Shown here one piece after another: positions 61,079-64,000 of a DNA stretch of 64,000 bases (position 1 is its first letter; each line of letters opens with the position of its first letter). The position numbers were made by a program, and so were the translations under genes. The stretch is from Burkholderiales bacterium. Its GTDB lineage: Bacteria > Pseudomonadota > Gammaproteobacteria > Burkholderiales > SG8-39. The notes beneath the pieces were generated by a model that had not been told where the DNA came from, made no database searches, and worked only from the letters and a program-made list of their open reading frames with translations. Location: contig JADLAV010000031.1 in NCBI GenBank assembly GCA_020848075.1, positions 7,026-71,025 on the forward strand, in the 5' to 3' direction.

Positions 61079-62071
61079 TTGCCTCGCCCTCCTTCCTTCA
61101 TTCGACGCACCGAGCACGTGAATAGCCGCGAAGCAAGAGCGCACCCGCCACGCGATCTCAACGCGCCGGTCGTCGCGGTCCGGTCCCGGGAGAAGACGCG
61201 CAAGGCCGAGCCGGCCGCGCGGGCGCCGGAGGACGTCGGGTTCCTGCAACGGCTCGGCGAGCGCGTGCGCGAGGCACGCGCGAGGCGCGGCATGACGCGC
61301 AAGATCCTCGCGCACGACTCCGGGGTGTCGGAACGATATCTCGCGCAGCTCGAGTCCGGTCAGGGCAACTCGTCGATCCTCGTGCTGCGCCAGCTCGCAC
61401 AGGCGCTCGGCCTGCCGCTCGCCGACCTGCTCCGCGACGAGAGCGAGCGCTCCGTCGAGCTCGTCCTCACGCAGCAGTTCCTGAAGCGGCTGCCGCCCGA
61501 GAAGCTCGCCGAGCTGCGCGCGCAGCTCCTGCAGGACTTCGGCGCCGCTGCCGCGGACCGGCGCAAGCGGATCGCGCTCATCGGGCTGCGCGGCGCCGGC
61601 AAGTCCACGCTCGGGGAGCGGCTTGCCGCGGAGCTCGGTAGCGCGTTCATCGAGCTCGACCGCGAGATCGAGGCCGACGCAGGCACGAGCCTGCAGGAGG
61701 TGTTCCTGCTGCACGGGCAGGCCGGCTACCGCCGTTACGAGCGGCGTGCGCTCGAGCGTATCCTGGCGCGCGGCACCGCCTGCGTGATCGCGACGGGCGG
61801 AAGCATCGTCTCGGAGCCTGCCACGTACGACCTCCTGCTGTCGGCCTGCTTCACGGTCTGGCTGAAAGCCGCACCGCAGGAGCACATGGAGCGGGTCGCC
61901 GCGCAGGGGGACTACCGGCCGATGGCCGGAAACGACGAGGCGATGGAGGATCTGCGGCGCATCCTGAGCGGTCGCGAGGCGCTCTACGGCCAGGCGGATC
62001 GCACGGTGGACACCGCCGGGCGAAGCATCGAGGAGAGCCTGGGAAGCTTGCGCCGCGCAGTCAGGGGCTGA
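61079..62071 (+). CDS. boxR: BoxR/BzdR-type transcriptional regulator (XRE HTH fused to shikimate-kinase-like domain)
   Basis: HTH_XRE region (MTRKILAHDSGVSERYLAQLESGQGNSSILVLRQLAQALGLPLADLL) plus a P-loop shikimate-kinase-like domain (IALIGLRGAGKSTLGERLA..). Upstream of boxC. Start uncertain (TTG 61079 or GTG about 61118). Confidence 0.8.
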   Translation: MPRPPSFIRRTEHVNSREARAHPPRDLNAPVVAVRSREKTRKAEPAARAPEDVGFLQRLGERVREARARRGMTRKILAHDSGVSERYLAQLESGQGNSSILVLRQLAQALGLPLADLLRDESERSVELVLTQQFLKRLPPEKLAELRAQLLQDFGAAAADRRKRIALIGLRGAGKSTLGERLAAELGSAFIELDREIEADAGTSLQEVFLLHGQAGYRRYERRALERILARGTACVIATGGSIVSEPATYDLLLSACFTVWLKAAPQEHMERVAAQGDYRPMAGNDEAMEDLRRILSGREALYGQADRTVDTAGRSIEESLGSLRRAVRG

Positions 62072-62116
62072 CCCGGTACACGATCGGACTGCTCGAAGAA
62101 AGAGAAGGAGGCACAC

Positions 62117-63805
62117 ATGAGCGCGGTAGCGGAAAAGACTGCGGCCGGCGAGGCAAGGGCGCTCGTCACCTACGACACGCACCCGGACAGGTACGCCCAC
62201 TGGCGCCTTGCGTTCGACGGTGCGGTCGCGACGCTGTCGATGGACGTGAACGAAGAGCGGGGGCTGCGCCCGGGATACCGGCTCAAGCTCAACTCCTACG
62301 ACCTCGGCGTGGACATCGAGCTCTACGATGCGCTGCAGCGCATCCGCTTCGAGCACCCCGAGGTGAAGGCGGCCGTGATCACGAGCGCGAAGGAGCGCAT
62401 GTTCTGCTCGGGCGCGAACATCTACATGCTCGGGCTCTCGCCGCACGCGTGGAAGGTCAATTTCTGCAAGTTCACCAACGAGACGCGCAATGGCATCGAA
62501 GACTCGAGCCGGCATTCCGGGCTCAGGTTCCTCGCCGCGGTCAACGGCGCGGTGGCGGGCGGCGGCTATGAGCTCGCGCTCGCCTGCGACGAGATTCTGA
62601 TGATCGACGACCGCTCGTCCGCGGTCAGCCTGCCGGAAGTGCCGCTCCTCGGCGTGCTGCCCGGCACCGGTGGCCTCACCCGCGTGACCGACAAGCGCAA
62701 GGTGCGCCGCGACCTCGCGGACTTCTTCTGCACCACGACCGAAGGCGTGCGCGCCGATCGCGCCAAGCAGTGGAATCTCGTGGACCACGTCGCCAAGCCG
62801 CAGGGCTGGGCGCAGTCCGTCACGGAACACGCCGCGCGGCTCGCGAAGGAGAGCACGCGTCCCGGTAGCGGCAAGGGCGTGCCCCTCACGCCGCTGCGAC
62901 GCAAGATCGACGACGCGGGCTATCACTACGAGCACGTGGACGCGCAGATCGATCGCGCGGGCCGCACCGCGACCATCACCGTCTCGACCCCGGCAACGCC
63001 GCAGCCCGCCGACATCGCGGGAATTCATCAGGCCGGCACGGCATGGTGGCCGCTCGCCATGGCGCGCGAGCTCGACGACGCCATCCTGATGCTGCGCACC
63101 AACGACCTGGAGATCGGCACGTGGTTGCTCAAGACCCGGGGCGACGCGAACGCCGTGCTCGCAGTCGACCAGGCGCTCGAAGCGCACGCGGGCGACTGGT
63201 TCGTCAATGAGACGCGGGGCATGCTGCGTCGCACGCTCGCCCGGCTCGACGTTTCCTCGCGCACGATGTTCGCCGTCATCGACCAGGGGTCGTGCTTCGC
63301 CGGCACGCTCGCCGAGCTCGCGCTCGCAGCCGACCGCGGCTATATGCTGCACCTGCCCGACGACCCGGCTGCGGCGCCGCGAATCGCGCTCTCGGAGGCG
63401 AATTTCGGCGCCTACCCGATGGTGAACGGCTGGATCCGTATCCGCACCCGCTTCTGCGGCGAGGAGGGGCCGGTGGCCGCGGCGCACAAGCGCATCGGCG
63501 AACCACTCGCCGCCGAGGCCGCTGCCGCCCTGGGGCTCGTCACGTTCACGCCCGACGACCTCGACTGGGAGGACGAGGTGCGCATCGCGATCGAGGAGCG
63601 CACCAGCCAGTCGCCGGACGCGCTGACCGGCCTGGAGGCGAGCCTCCGGTTCCCGGTCGCCGAGACGATGGAGACGCGGATCTTCGGCCGGCTCACCGCG
63701 TGGCAGAACTGGATCTTCAACCGCCCCAACGCCGTGGGCGAGGAAGGCGCACTGAAGGTCTTCGGGAAAGGCACCAAGGCCAAGTTCAACTGGGAGCGCG
63801 TCTGA
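62117..63805 (+). CDS. boxC: 2,3-epoxybenzoyl-CoA dihydrolase (benzoyl-CoA-dihydrodiol lyase)
   Basis: 562 aa. Crotonase-fold N-terminal half (..RMFCSGANIYMLG.., ..AAVNGAVAGGGYELALACD..) and a size typical of BoxC. Followed by boxB. SD AGAAGGAGG. Confidence 0.85.
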   Translation: MSAVAEKTAAGEARALVTYDTHPDRYAHWRLAFDGAVATLSMDVNEERGLRPGYRLKLNSYDLGVDIELYDALQRIRFEHPEVKAAVITSAKERMFCSGANIYMLGLSPHAWKVNFCKFTNETRNGIEDSSRHSGLRFLAAVNGAVAGGGYELALACDEILMIDDRSSAVSLPEVPLLGVLPGTGGLTRVTDKRKVRRDLADFFCTTTEGVRADRAKQWNLVDHVAKPQGWAQSVTEHAARLAKESTRPGSGKGVPLTPLRRKIDDAGYHYEHVDAQIDRAGRTATITVSTPATPQPADIAGIHQAGTAWWPLAMARELDDAILMLRTNDLEIGTWLLKTRGDANAVLAVDQALEAHAGDWFVNETRGMLRRTLARLDVSSRTMFAVIDQGSCFAGTLAELALAADRGYMLHLPDDPAAAPRIALSEANFGAYPMVNGWIRIRTRFCGEEGPVAAAHKRIGEPLAAEAAAALGLVTFTPDDLDWEDEVRIAIEERTSQSPDALTGLEASLRFPVAETMETRIFGRLTAWQNWIFNRPNAVGEEGALKVFGKGTKAKFNWERV

Positions 63806-63858
63806 CGGGGCGAACCGCGGCTCGCGAATCGCGGAACGCGAATCACTTCCTCGTGCCA

Positions 63859-63900
63859 CGCCTGACGATTCCCGCCTGACGATTCCCGCCTGACGATTCA
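63859..63900 (+). repeat. Three tandem 14-bp repeats (CGCCTGACGATTCC) in the boxC-boxB spacer, preceded by two CGCGAATC copies (63823-63830, 63837-63844)
   Basis: Read directly: units at 63859-63872, 63873-63886, 63887-63900 (the last ends in A). They end 5 nt before the boxB SD GGAG. CGCGAATC is the near reverse complement of GATTC(C/A)CG inside the units. Confidence 0.9.
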
Positions 63901-63915
63901 CGTTTGGAGCAGTCA

Positions 63916-64000
63916 ATGTCGACCATCGATTACAACGAGCGGATCCCGAACAACGTCCACCTGTCCGACAACAAGACGCTGCAGCGCGCGCTGCAGCGCT
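63916..64000 (+). CDS. boxB: Benzoyl-CoA 2,3-epoxidase (oxygenase) subunit BoxB, first 28 codons only
   Basis: My translation from ATG 63916: MSTIDYNERIPNNVHLSDNKTLQRALQR. It matches the BoxB N-terminus as I remember it (..RIPNNV.L..D..LQRALE..). Position after boxC; truncated by the window end. Confidence 0.7.
   Translation, partial: MSTIDYNERIPNNVHLSDNKTLQRALQR

Noticed and set aside
61055-63916. 953-aa minus-strand ORF antisense to boxR and boxC
   Set aside because: Shadow ORF. The plus-strand frames encode the HTH/shikimate-kinase-like BoxR and the crotonase-fold BoxC with clear motifs and SD sequences.

Overview
High-G+C, gene-dense chromosomal window with about 60 protein genes and one tRNA, mostly on the minus strand. 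The gene order resembles a betaproteobacterium (Burkholderiales/Rhodocyclales-type synteny); this is inference only.

Content from left to right:
- ubiV (partial) and ubiU (O2-independent ubiquinone hydroxylation), parC-parE, ypfJ.
- A 5-gene NitT/TauT-type ABC + deacetylase + SDR cassette on the 3' side of tRNA-Ser(GGA).
- A D-2-hydroxyglutarate-dehydrogenase-like FAD oxidase, acs, a transglutaminase-like/SET-domain gene pair, prpE-acuI.
- A long co-directional central-metabolism block: zapE, lpd, sucB, sucA, gltA, sdhE, sdhB/A/D/C, and a GntR regulator.
- Divergent from that block: mdh, a citE-like gene, two small periplasmic proteins, acnA.
- slyD, a lipoprotein, a TPR-methyltransferase fusion, an MFS transporter, fadH, an alpha/beta hydrolase.
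- A MacB/FtsX-type ABC pair with an AttH/CrtC-like lipocalin.
- An aerobic benzoyl-CoA (box) locus: Liv-type ABC transporter, benzoate-CoA ligase, two tandem DUF4863/cupin-like genes, flavodoxin, boxR, boxC, boxB (partial).

I saw no CRISPR array, transposase, integrase, phage gene or recognisable defence system. I found no clear candidate for a new multi-gene system.

Leads not explained by standard annotation:
1. Tandem 122-124 bp repeats that each re-start with a 21-nt pseudo-copy of the tRNA-Ser 5' end, interposed between a likely promoter and the real tRNA.
2. A SET-domain lysine methyltransferase plus a transglutaminase-fold protein, wedged between (and apparently co-transcribed with) two AMP-forming acyl-CoA synthetases.
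3. Five tandem 14-nt G-depleted CU-rich repeats in the mdh leader.
4. Within the box locus: a 56-bp dyad-symmetric bidirectional promoter centred on TGCATTATAATGCA, triple 14-bp repeats in the boxC-boxB spacer, and an uncharacterised cupin-like x2 + flavodoxin module.

The many long R/A/G/P-rich ORFs antisense to recognisable genes are high-GC shadow ORFs and were rejected.
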